Below, one piece after another: positions 27,759 to 36,338 of a stretch of 64,000 nucleotides of DNA. The position numbers and the translations under genes are program-made. Below the pieces are notes generated by a model. It worked only from the letters and a program-made list of their open reading frames with translations, did not search any database and had not been told where the DNA came from. How positions within the stretch are numbered: position 1 is the first letter of the stretch; the number at the start of each line of letters is the position of its first letter. The stretch is from Escherichia phage NHEP1, in sequence record PQ511146.1. One strand, 5' to 3'.

Positions 27759-27959
27759 TTACAGGCCTACAATCTCTTTAATTCGTTTTACTGCTGCCTC
27801 AGCGCCTTGAGGGTAAAAATTATGGTAACCAATCACGCGAGTGATACTAATCGCCGTTTGATGATCTTCATAATCACCTTTAAAGATTTCTTGACCGTCA
27901 ATCAGCACGGCAATTTTTTCTTCTTTTTTGAAGTTAATAACGCGGATATTGTTGCTCAT
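27759..27959 (-). CDS. Hypothetical protein
   Basis: Track ORF 66 aa; promoter, GGGGAGCAATCCCC hairpin and AAAGGAG RBS upstream. Confidence 0.5.
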   Translation of the reverse strand: MSNNIRVINFKKEEKIAVLIDGQEIFKGDYEDHQTAISITRVIGYHNFYPQGAEAAVKRIKEIVGL

Positions 27960-28434
27960 TTTGTTTCTCCTTTCTAGTCTTTGTGGTGGGGATTGCTCCC
28001 CGTTGATTGTTATTATCCATATTCCGGACCGGATTGCAACACCCTAGAAGAAAAATTTTTGAAAAAGTTAAGCCCCCAGGGATTGGGGGCCGTTATCAGT
28101 TACTTACAGCGATAAAGTACATCCCTACGCCTAACAATATTTCAAGAGCGATGATCTCAAGCCATACCGTAACACGGCGCACCTTATCGGTGCGGGGCTT
28201 ATCCTTGGGTGTCATCGTCTCCCCCTTTCCTCCTGTTAGCAGTTACGTGGTTTGCAATGGTCCCCAGGAGTATTATCACCACGCACATTACAAGAAAAAT
28301 TATCTCTGTCGTTGTTCGATCCATTGTTATAAAATTCCTTAAGATCAGGCCTGAAAATAAAGCTTTCGTTATTGAATCCATCCCGCCAGGCGGCTGGCTT
28401 CAAATCTTCACTAAATGGATTAATTAACGTGGCA

Positions 28435-28836
28435 TTATTTCGGCTGGCCCACATATTTTCTATTCCTCTTAAATAAGCGATCCGCCTCAGTTAAACAAAT
28501 CTCATGGGCGTGATCTCTGGTTTTAGCTTCATCGAAAACCTGTTGTGCAAGGCTGCAACGTAGGGAGACTGGAAGATCACTATAATAGGCGTTGACAAAC
28601 GTTTGAGCGTCGTACAGGTCTGAAAATACTTTACCCTTTCTATTATTCCCCTTGTCAACAATTGCAAGGATAACCAATACAATAGTTGCAACCACCCCCA
28701 GGAAAATAGATATAATAAACCATAAAAAGGCGGATCTTCCCATCTTGCCAGCGATCCAGGCGTTAAACAAGGCAACCAATACAGCCAAAATAATAAATTC
28801 CATTCTATGTACCTCTTTTACAGTTCTGATTAACAA
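28435..28836 (-). CDS. Membrane protein (two predicted TM segments)
   Basis: Hydrophobic stretches FIILAVLVALFNAWIAG and FLWFIISIFLGVVATIVLVILAIV. Confidence 0.5.
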   Translation of the reverse strand: MLIRTVKEVHRMEFIILAVLVALFNAWIAGKMGRSAFLWFIISIFLGVVATIVLVILAIVDKGNNRKGKVFSDLYDAQTFVNAYYSDLPVSLRCSLAQQVFDEAKTRDHAHEICLTEADRLFKRNRKYVGQPK

Positions 28837-28867
28837 TAAGGCGGCAAATATGCCGCCTGTTACCTGA

Positions 28868-29248
28868 TTAAAAATTATCGCCGTAAATCTTTCCGCTTTC
28901 TACCCATACCACCACGCGAGGCATACTATCCCACACGTCTTGTTTTAGATTGAGCGCGTGCAATTCTTCGGTGGTGCTCATACCAGGCACGGGCTGATTG
29001 TATACTGCAAAACGACCACCCGCATAATCATAGGCCAGGGTTAAATCACACTGGATCATCTTTTTGATCATGGCATTAAGCATGGCGTTAGCCGCATATT
29101 GATCACGTTTTAAAGGCAACTCTTTGATTAGTTTGCGATAGTTTTCGATATGGTCGCACACTGTTTCACGCGGAAGATCTTTCATATCTTCACGGAATGT
29201 GACCAGGTTAAACATAACGGTGTCAATAGCCTTGGTAGTGTTTTTCAT
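28868..29248 (-). CDS. Hypothetical protein
   Basis: Track ORF 126 aa. Confidence 0.5.
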   Translation of the reverse strand: MKNTTKAIDTVMFNLVTFREDMKDLPRETVCDHIENYRKLIKELPLKRDQYAANAMLNAMIKKMIQCDLTLAYDYAGGRFAVYNQPVPGMSTTEELHALNLKQDVWDSMPRVVVWVESGKIYGDNF

Positions 29249-29338
29249 GATGTTATCCTCTTTGTTTTGTGTTGGGGCAAACGTCTTGCCCCCTTGAGTT
29301 TTAATATAGCAGGTTTTTAGGTTATTGCAACACTTTAT

Positions 29339-29962
29339 TTATGAAAAAGTCATCTCACCATATTCATCGACATCAAACCGCCAATCATTGGCCTCGATAA
29401 GGCCGATCAGGTTTTCTGCGGTGAACTGTTCTAGATAGGCCTCCTCCAGGTCTACGTAAACCTTGCGGGATAGCTCCCGTGCCGTCTCGGTGATCAGTTC
29501 TTCCAGGTCTTCCACTTTGTTTTCTTGTTTGGCGGTCAGATCTAGCCAAGTGGTATCAATGTACCCGTTTACAGTGTTTTCATGGCTGTAATGGCTGTAC
29601 TTGTCGCGTTCAATACTGGCGGATAGTTCGCCATCGTGCATTGTGCCGAACAAGTGACGAATTGATCTGAACTTGGTCAGGGCCTTGACTTTACGCAAGA
29701 ATTTTTCTAAGTCTACATTTTCAGCACTGATCGATGCGCCATCGCCTTGACACCAAAAGCCGGACCAATGTACTTCGGTATCTTCAAGGCCGTACTCTGG
29801 AAAGATATATTCTTTGTAGTATTCAATTACATTTTCTGCAAAAAAGTCATCCCCGCTGCGTTCTTCTCTTTCGCGTACCATTTCAATGGCTTTTTCTTTT
29901 TGTTCGTCGGTCAGCACGTCGAAAGATAAATTGTAACCTGTGGTAATGTTAACGGTGGTCAT
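29339..29962 (-). CDS. Hypothetical protein
   Basis: Track ORF 207 aa; preceded by promoter and hairpin cassette. Confidence 0.55.
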   Translation of the reverse strand: MTTVNITTGYNLSFDVLTDEQKEKAIEMVREREERSGDDFFAENVIEYYKEYIFPEYGLEDTEVHWSGFWCQGDGASISAENVDLEKFLRKVKALTKFRSIRHLFGTMHDGELSASIERDKYSHYSHENTVNGYIDTTWLDLTAKQENKVEDLEELITETARELSRKVYVDLEEAYLEQFTAENLIGLIEANDWRFDVDEYGEMTFS

Positions 29963-30048
29963 GATATTTTCTCCTGTTTTCTTTGTTAGTGGCGGGAAGT
30001 TTTCCCGCCTGCGTGTTTAATTATACTTATTGGGATTTACTTGTCAAC
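29963..30048 (-). promoter_or_regulatory. Promoter (TTGACA-N16-TATAAT) followed by 5'UTR stem-loop GGCGGGAAGTTTTCCCGCC (PeSL-like cassette)
   Basis: Minus-strand hexamers map to plus 30042-30047 and 30020-30025; hairpin at 29991-30009. Confidence 0.55.
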
Positions 30049-30297
30049 ACTATTTTTTAAATTATTGTGGCGCAAAATGTTTAAAATCTCCTCAACGTCA
30101 TCAACACGGCGGCAATTTTTAAACGCTACCAATTGCCCCATGATTTTAATCACTGGGCGGCCTTGCCAGTGCCCCTGAAGAAAGCGCGCCTTGACTTTAT
30201 CGGTGGAACTATCACGCCACCAAATAGCCTTGTTGTTGCAGTAGTAAAAATTATTCAGGATAACATCAACTTTATCAAAATTTTTTAATTTACGCAT
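30037..30297 (-). CDS. Hypothetical protein
   Basis: Track ORF 86 aa. Confidence 0.5.
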   Translation of the reverse strand: MRKLKNFDKVDVILNNFYYCNNKAIWWRDSSTDKVKARFLQGHWQGRPVIKIMGQLVAFKNCRRVDDVEEILNILRHNNLKNSVDK

Positions 30298-30516
30298 GGC
30301 GTTTACTCCTTTCTCTCTTTGATGTGGTTAGTATAGCTAACCTGTTGACGATGTCAATGATATTTTTAACGCCATAAAACGGCCCTGGGCGATGTTTTCA
30401 GGTTAAAGGGGGGCGATTGCATAGGTGGGGGCCTTTTTGGCACTTACAGGGCCAACCAGGGGCGCTATTCGTAGGATAGAAATAAAAAGCCCCGCACAAT
30501 GGCGGGGCGTTGGTTG

Positions 30517-30738
30517 TTATTTGTCTTTATGGCGGTATCGTTCTGCCTGTCGTTCACGTTCCAAAAGTAGGCAGGGCAATTTACGATCATAATGATTCCG
30601 CCAGATCTTCCCAAACCTTTTTGGCTTATTCAGTTTATTGTTACGCTGTCGGCGTTCTGGCAGCTCTTCGGAATCATGAGGGCGCTTTACAATTTTCTCG
30701 AAATTAATTTTCATATATTCCCCCCTTGCTAACTTCAA
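30517..30738 (-). CDS. Small basic hypothetical protein
   Basis: Track ORF 73 aa, Arg/Lys-rich; chosen over the overlapping plus-strand ORF for strand consistency. Confidence 0.4.
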   Translation of the reverse strand: MKLARGEYMKINFEKIVKRPHDSEELPERRQRNNKLNKPKRFGKIWRNHYDRKLPCLLLERERQAERYRHKDK

Positions 30739-31075
30739 TATTGGCCTGAATGGCCCGGATACGGCGCTTTATAACTTCCTGATCTGTGTGGTCGTATCCC
30801 CAAAAGTCCACAATTTTTGCGCCCCCAGCCTCCAGGCGGTATAGTGTTTCCTGCATTTTGTAAGCCGGGATCGGTCGCGGTGTTACTTGGTCACCTTCTT
30901 TATTTTTATACTTTATAATATAATCTTCGTTATCGTTGAATTCCCAAAATGGATATTCTGCAAGGGCGGTACTTCCTCTTTCCTTTTTATCCTGGATCTT
31001 ATTTACAATTAAAGCCGTAGCAATAGCGCCAATAATAAAACTAGCCCCGCTGATCATGTTACTTTCTCCTTTCAT
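30704..31075 (-). CDS. Hypothetical protein with N-terminal TM segment
   Basis: Track ORF 123 aa. Confidence 0.5.
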   Translation of the reverse strand: MKGESNMISGASFIIGAIATALIVNKIQDKKERGSTALAEYPFWEFNDNEDYIIKYKNKEGDQVTPRPIPAYKMQETLYRLEAGGAKIVDFWGYDHTDQEVIKRRIRAIQANIEVSKGGIYEN

Positions 31076-31131
31076 GGTGTTAATAAATTATCTTTATAGA
31101 TGGCCCTGCAACCAGGACCACCGAAAAATAA

Positions 31132-31377
31132 CTATTTCACAATGCCTACAAAACAGATCCCGCCTTCACCTATGTAAGCAATATCGGTCACTTTGTAGTC
31201 GGTTAAGATCTGTTTATTCAGATCATTAATAAAATCGGTCATTGCGTTGGTGTAGTTGTCTTCTGTATCTAAGGCATAATCCCAGGTGTAAACCTTTTTA
31301 CGTCCGAAGCCTTTTACCATGATACGGGCGCTTTTGGTGTTAGTAGGGGCATAATACTTGGTGATTAGTGCTGCCAT
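31132..31377 (-). CDS. Hypothetical protein
   Basis: Track ORF 81 aa; GAGGAG RBS. Confidence 0.5.
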   Translation of the reverse strand: MAALITKYYAPTNTKSARIMVKGFGRKKVYTWDYALDTEDNYTNAMTDFINDLNKQILTDYKVTDIAYIGEGGICFVGIVK

Positions 31378-31422
31378 GGTTTTAACTCCTCATTAGTTCA
31401 GTGTTAACAGTGTAAAGTTTAC

Positions 31423-31462
31423 TTTATTGATGGCCCTGAAGTCAAGGCCATCTAAAAATAAA
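31423..31462. repeat. Conserved 40-bp hairpin cassette (copy 2) carrying a minus-strand TTGACT -35 in its loop
   Basis: Minus strand reads TTGACT-N18-TAAACT upstream of gene 31132..31377. Confidence 0.55.
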
Positions 31463-31464
31463 TT

Positions 31465-31806
31465 TTACTCGTTTTCTTCCAGCTTTGAAAGCTCTTCTTT
31501 CACTTCTTCAAGCTCTGTCTGCAATTCTTGGTATTCTTCGTCGTCCTCAATATCCAGGCTGTCGATGTAGTCGCTAAATCCGCAGCGGTAAGCGATAGGA
31601 TCTAACTCCTTGAGGATACGCGACGGAAGAAAAGAAATGCTTCCGATCATAATTTCGCCGTAGATCTCGTCTAACCATTCATCATAGTTTTCGTCGTACT
31701 TGTCCTCGTCGATTTCAAAGTTATCGATCTTGTTCTCAAGGTCTGCGATCTGTTTTTTCAGCGCGGCGATCTGCATAGCTTTTTCTGCGGCGGTCATAGT
31801 AGTCAT
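31465..31806 (-). CDS. Acidic coiled-coil-like hypothetical protein
   Basis: Track ORF 113 aa. Confidence 0.5.
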   Translation of the reverse strand: MTTMTAAEKAMQIAALKKQIADLENKIDNFEIDEDKYDENYDEWLDEIYGEIMIGSISFLPSRILKELDPIAYRCGFSDYIDSLDIEDDEEYQELQTELEEVKEELSKLEENE

Positions 31807-32044
31807 GGTGTTTTCTCCTTTTGTGTATTCTGGGAAGTTTTCCCGTTTACGTGTTTAAGTATATCAATCTAAGTTAGCTTGTCAATTAAAAATTTAAGAA
31901 AAATTTTGCAAAACTGTTAGCGCTACTCATTAACATTTGCGCCAGGATGTAACCGACAACGCAAACGATAATAGTTACCTTTGTGTATTGGCGTGTAGTG
32001 CTCATCTTAAAGCCCCCTTTTTCGCTTAGTTGAGACTAGTTTAC

Positions 32045-32084
32045 TTTATTGATGGCCCTGGAGTCAAGGCCATCTAAAAATAAA
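32045..32084. repeat. Conserved 40-bp hairpin cassette (copy 3)
   Basis: Same sequence family as 27717 and 31423. Confidence 0.55.
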
Positions 32085-32085
32085 C

Positions 32086-32490
32086 TTAATAAGTTTTCAG
32101 TACTTTACCGTCCAACCTGTCAAGCTGGATCTCAATAGCTGCAGAAAACCTATTGTACACCACGTCGCCCATGGAATCCAACCAGTCTATGACGTTATAC
32201 ACCTGCTCTTTGTTCTTGCAGGTCCGGATCCGTTTCATGATGTAAGCCGGATCAATATTGGTACTTTCGTTGGTGTTCCCCTGTACCTGATTTGCCGTAT
32301 TAGTTACATCTTTAATGGCCTTTACCACCACCTGGAAGGGCTTTAAGGTGCCTTTTGCGTTCATCTCACGCACTTTTGCGGCGCGGTTGTTATAGGTTAC
32401 ACAACGGCGGCAAATGTTCACTAAGTGCATGTCAATAATTTTTTCATCGTTTGCCAGTTCGTTCATGATGCGGCGTACGTTCTTATTCAT
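32086..32490 (-). CDS. Hypothetical protein
   Basis: Track ORF 134 aa. Confidence 0.5.
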   Translation of the reverse strand: MNKNVRRIMNELANDEKIIDMHLVNICRRCVTYNNRAAKVREMNAKGTLKPFQVVVKAIKDVTNTANQVQGNTNESTNIDPAYIMKRIRTCKNKEQVYNVIDWLDSMGDVVYNRFSAAIEIQLDRLDGKVLKTY

Positions 32491-32566
32491 GATCTTTTTC
32501 CTTTGTGTTGGCGGGAAACATTCCCGCCTTTTGTGATTAGTTTACTTGAATTTTGCAGCGTGTCAA
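32491..32566 (-). promoter_or_regulatory. Promoter (TTGACA-N16-TAAACT) followed by stem-loop GGCGGGAAACATTCCCGCC
   Basis: Minus-strand hexamers map to plus 32561-32566 and 32539-32544; hairpin 32510-32528. Confidence 0.5.
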
Positions 32567-32572
32567 CAATTT

Positions 32573-32971
32573 TTATTCGTGGGCGCATGTTACAATGTGC
32601 TTTTTATAGCCCAGGTGGTTAGCAAGTGCCGACAAAAACTCTTCTTCATAGATCCAGCCGTTGGCAGTGATCCCCATAGCATTTAATGCGCTCTCAAGTG
32701 CTGCATTAGCTTTATCGTAACCGTGACCGCTCGCCTTCCCGCCAGTATAACCGTACTTATTGTTCTTGTTGTCGTGAATCCAAAAAACACAGTATTGAGT
32801 GTTCCCGCTGGCGGCGGCATAATACCGGATCTCAGCTACTTCGTGCAAATTATTGTCATCGTCCAGGCCCACCAGATTATAAGCCTTGTAAAATCCACGA
32901 TCACGGCGGCAGTTCTTGACATCAGAAAAAGAAAAGTCCGCATTATCAAAATTAAAGGTAGTGGTTTTCAT
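32573..32971 (-). CDS. Hypothetical protein
   Basis: Track ORF 132 aa. Confidence 0.5.
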   Translation of the reverse strand: MKTTTFNFDNADFSFSDVKNCRRDRGFYKAYNLVGLDDDNNLHEVAEIRYYAAASGNTQYCVFWIHDNKNNKYGYTGGKASGHGYDKANAALESALNAMGITANGWIYEEEFLSALANHLGYKKHIVTCAHE

Positions 32972-33035
32972 GATTTTATCCTCTTAGTGTCTTTTGTGCT
33001 TTTAGTGTATTTGGTGTCAGAATGTATGTCAATAC

Positions 33036-33233
33036 TTATTTTTTATTAAACCAGTGGTTGATCTGGCCTTTTGTCAGGGCGCAACGATTAAGCTGTTGCC
33101 GGGTGTAGCTCTGACCGCGACGGAATTTATAAAGGCCTTGCCCGTTGTTGATGGTTACGTCCACCTGGCAAATCATTTGATCGGTGACGGCCTGGCGAGT
33201 GTTGCGACGTACTTTAATTCCGTAGGCGTTCAT
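33036..33233 (-). CDS. Hypothetical protein
   Basis: Track ORF 65 aa. Confidence 0.45.
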   Translation of the reverse strand: MNAYGIKVRRNTRQAVTDQMICQVDVTINNGQGLYKFRRGQSYTRQQLNRCALTKGQINHWFNKK

Positions 33234-33633
33234 GATTTTTATCCTCTCTGTTAATTAGTGTGGTGTTGTTCACCTTGCGAGGATAAGAATAACAGAACTA
33301 TCCGAGCTGTCAACCATTAGTTAGAATTATTTTTTGGGCAGAATTCTCCAGCCGCCGCCACTGCCAGGTTAACCATCATTTTTTCGTACTCTTCTTTATG
33401 TTCCAACGCTCCCGCCATAGCCTTTTCAACCAGGGCGATAGCCTCAGCGTCATTAATCGCTACATTTTCCAGGGGGGATCCTATTACCTTTCATTTTTGT
33501 ACCTCTTCTTCAGTTGTTGCCTACCCTGCATAGGCCCACCAGGTTTGCAAGCCTTCATTCTCCCCTACCTGGTCAGTTAGGTCCTGCCAGGCTGGCCCCG
33601 CCAGGTTGCAACGGTTAGCGCATCAGGTTAGAA

Positions 33634-34510
33634 TTTTTTTTTTTTTTGAAAGTGTTGACAGCGGCCCCGCCAGGTGGCACAATATACCTATCGAAAGGAC
33701 GGCAGGCACCGGTGACGGGGGAGACAACCACCGGGGATGGGCGCTGCATAAAATGAGAACGGTTATCATTATCATTTAAAAATTTATGCAAAAAATCCTT
33801 GCTCTCTTTGTCCTGTGTGATACTATAATAACAAGCCGGGGCAACAGGGGCCGGGAGACAATCACCGGGGGTGCCTGTTATTCTGCAAACGAGAATGATT
33901 ATCATTCAAAATTCTAAATGAGAACTTCTCGCATTTCATAAATTTAATTAGCATGCTAATTACCTACCGTGACAATTCTATATAAAATAATACCTCCTTA
34001 AGTATTTCCATATACAAATTTTAAAAATCCATTTCCGAAAACGAAAAATCGCTTTCGTTCCCAAAAATTTCAGGTCGAGCGCCGGAACGATTTCCAGAAA
34101 ATCTGATTCAGAAAACGAAAAACAGATCGAGTACTGAGAAATTTATCGAGAAAAATTTTCAGAAAATTCAATCTTTGAAATGAAAAACAGATCGAGTACT
34201 GAGAGAGATGTGCCTAAACTTCCTGATAATGATGGGCTTATTGTTATAAAAGGCCAGAAGTAAGTTGGGAAAGTTCTGGTAGATGGGTGAGAGTGTGTGC
34301 GGAAAATCTGGAACGGTGATTTGAAGTACGGTGCGAATGATAGAATGAGTAGCGCAGCTTATCGTGCCTGTCTTGAAAAAATCCATTTTAGTTTTCGATC
34401 CATTTTCTGATTTTCTAAGAATTTTAAAATATCCGACTAGGTAAAATATCAAAAGGAGGAAATCTATTTTAGAAACCCTCCTTATACTTGATGTGCCAGG
34501 GATTTTCAAG
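33634..34510. repeat. Repeat-dense non-coding hub: T14 tract, split hairpin element (copy B), direct repeats, 18-bp perfect palindrome
   Basis: T-run 33634-33647; GGGAGACAAYCACCGGGG twice; TAATTAGCATGCTAATTA at 33945-33962; GAAAAACAGATCGAGTACTGAGA twice. Confidence 0.55.
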
Positions 34511-34512
34511 TA

Positions 34513-34842
34513 TCAACTATCTTTGTTTTTAGGCTTGTACATGCGTAGAGGTATAGTTTTTATAACACTCCATCTCCCCAGCCCTTCCCAGTTCCAGTTG
34601 TGGGCATGGTACCCGGTTATGCATGCACTGCTGGCGTGATCATAAGCATAAGAGAACGCTATGCGTAACAAACGAGGCCAGTCTTTCCATGGTTGTGGTC
34701 CGTAAGCTTTTCTCCAACACCGACACAAACTAAATGTCTCAAGAATAGGCAGGATAACAAATCCATACACCGCCACCAGAATGGTCAGCGCAATGATTGT
34801 CAGGAATACATACCCTGCAGTTGAAATAATGATCTCTGTCAT
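34513..34842 (-). CDS. Hypothetical protein with N-terminal TM segment
   Basis: Track ORF 109 aa. Confidence 0.45.
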   Translation of the reverse strand: MTEIIISTAGYVFLTIIALTILVAVYGFVILPILETFSLCRCWRKAYGPQPWKDWPRLLRIAFSYAYDHASSACITGYHAHNWNWEGLGRWSVIKTIPLRMYKPKNKDS

Positions 34843-35042
34843 TTGTCATCCCCTTTCTTACGGATATAGATGTGAGAGCCTGCTTGTACATAAATTTCCC
34901 GACCATCTTCTGCAAAGATGTGGAATACACGGTCACCTTCGTATTCAATACGAGATATCTTCATAACGGTCTTCCCACCCGGAATGCGGATCTCATCGCC
35001 TACAGCAATGTTCCATGCAGATTTAAGCTTAAACATCGTCAC
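34839..35042 (-). CDS. Hypothetical protein
   Basis: Track ORF 67 aa. Confidence 0.45.
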   Translation of the reverse strand: MTMFKLKSAWNIAVGDEIRIPGGKTVMKISRIEYEGDRVFHIFAEDGREIYVQAGSHIYIRKKGDDK

Positions 35043-35274
35043 CCTCCTTTGGGAACTTGAACTCTGGCATAGCCATATACGCTACAACAGGGTTGTGATC
35101 AAAGTAGAACTGACCATTAATTATCCCAGTTTTTTGCACATAGTCACCAGATCCTGCAAGAACAACCTCGCAAGCTCCGAAATCTACATTGCCATTCTCG
35201 TCAGCCATGGCTACGATATACTTTCCGAGAGGCATGTTTTTAACGCCGTCTACAAATGTCCACCCTTTGTTCAT
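35029..35274 (-). CDS. Hypothetical protein
   Basis: Track ORF 81 aa. Confidence 0.45.
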   Translation of the reverse strand: MNKGWTFVDGVKNMPLGKYIVAMADENGNVDFGACEVVLAGSGDYVQKTGIINGQFYFDHNPVVAYMAMPEFKFPKEGDDV

Positions 35275-35294
35275 ACTTTATCTCCTGCACTTTC

Positions 35295-35627
35295 TTAAGG
35301 TAACCAGTAAACAATCTCGCCTTTCAGTTCCATACCATTACCTACATAAATTTGCCAGCCATCCATCTTAGCTGCTGCAGGAGTAAAATCTTCAGAGCCT
35401 CTAACCTCTTTCCATGAGCCATAGTCTGGCTGCCAGATATAAAATCCACCTTCTTTGTCCCATGCGCAATACACCACGTTCAACCAGTTACCCATTGCAA
35501 CAATGGTGGGCCGTGGGAATAATACATCTACAGATGCGCAGCAATATCGGGTATCTTTTAAATTGCAATCCCAAAAGATGTCTGCCAGTGTGGCGGCGAT
35601 AGCTTTACGTCTTTCTAATGTTACCAT
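35295..35627 (-). CDS. Hypothetical protein
   Basis: Track ORF 110 aa. Confidence 0.5.
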   Translation of the reverse strand: MVTLERRKAIAATLADIFWDCNLKDTRYCCASVDVLFPRPTIVAMGNWLNVVYCAWDKEGGFYIWQPDYGSWKEVRGSEDFTPAAAKMDGWQIYVGNGMELKGEIVYWLP

Positions 35628-35637
35628 GGTACGATAC

Positions 35638-35829
35638 TCACTTGTTGTTAAGAAGTTCTAAAACTTTCTGTTTTACTTTATCAAGATCTGTTGATTCAAA
35701 AACTGTGCGATATCCCCAACTTTGCCCATAGGAATGACTGCAATCACCGTAACACCATTGCTCAACCTGATAGTATTCAAGGAATGGGTGCTGTCTAACT
35801 ATGATACCGTCTCGATTAAAAATTACCAT
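35638..35829 (-). CDS. Hypothetical protein
   Basis: Track ORF 63 aa. Confidence 0.45.
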   Translation of the reverse strand: MVIFNRDGIIVRQHPFLEYYQVEQWCYGDCSHSYGQSWGYRTVFESTDLDKVKQKVLELLNNK

Positions 35830-35892
35830 AATTTATCCCTCTCTGCTAGTTTATGTTTATATTATATACCGCAGTTTTCAGATGTCAACCTT

Positions 35893-36144
35893 TTACAGGT
35901 TACTCCAGTATACTCGGCATTTACACTTCGGGCAATGAGGTTCTTTTATGTAATAACCGTCAGTCTTTGGAACACTTTTTGGTGCAGTTTTAAGATTGTA
36001 CCGAGTAAAGCAACGGAAGCAGGTTACCTCTCCTACCTGTTGATCGTTTATCCACTCGCCAGAGTAAAGCTCTTTCTTGTTTCTCATAATTATCTCCCCA
36101 AGCCTCTGCAATCTTCTACCAGAATCTCCAGCCAGAAAGCACAC
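35893..36144 (-). CDS. Small Cys-rich zinc-ribbon-like protein
   Basis: CFRCF...CPKCKC motif pairs. Confidence 0.5.
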   Translation of the reverse strand: MCFLAGDSGRRLQRLGEIIMRNKKELYSGEWINDQQVGEVTCFRCFTRYNLKTAPKSVPKTDGYYIKEPHCPKCKCRVYWSNL

Positions 36145-36338
36145 GGGAACACTTTGATGATTGAATCTTCACTCGGCTCGGAAGTTCTTTTTCCGTAGGG
36201 CAGGTAGAAATACCCTCCTGCAGATTCAAACATGGCTCCTTCTGTTGTATCTATCACAGCTAGAATTAAGATTTTAGTCTCCATAGTGCTCCCCTGTCTT
36301 AATCGTTGTGGTGACTATACCACCTTAAAATATAGCTG

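Noticed and set aside
30510-30707. Plus-strand 65-aa ORF overlapping the minus-strand 30517..30738 ORF
   Set aside because: All neighbouring genes are minus-strand with matching promoters; the plus ORF lacks an RBS.
34168-34509. 113-aa minus-strand ORF inside the 33.6-34.5 kb hub
   Set aside because: Low-complexity translation overlapping direct repeats and a terminator-like hairpin, with no good RBS; more likely non-coding.
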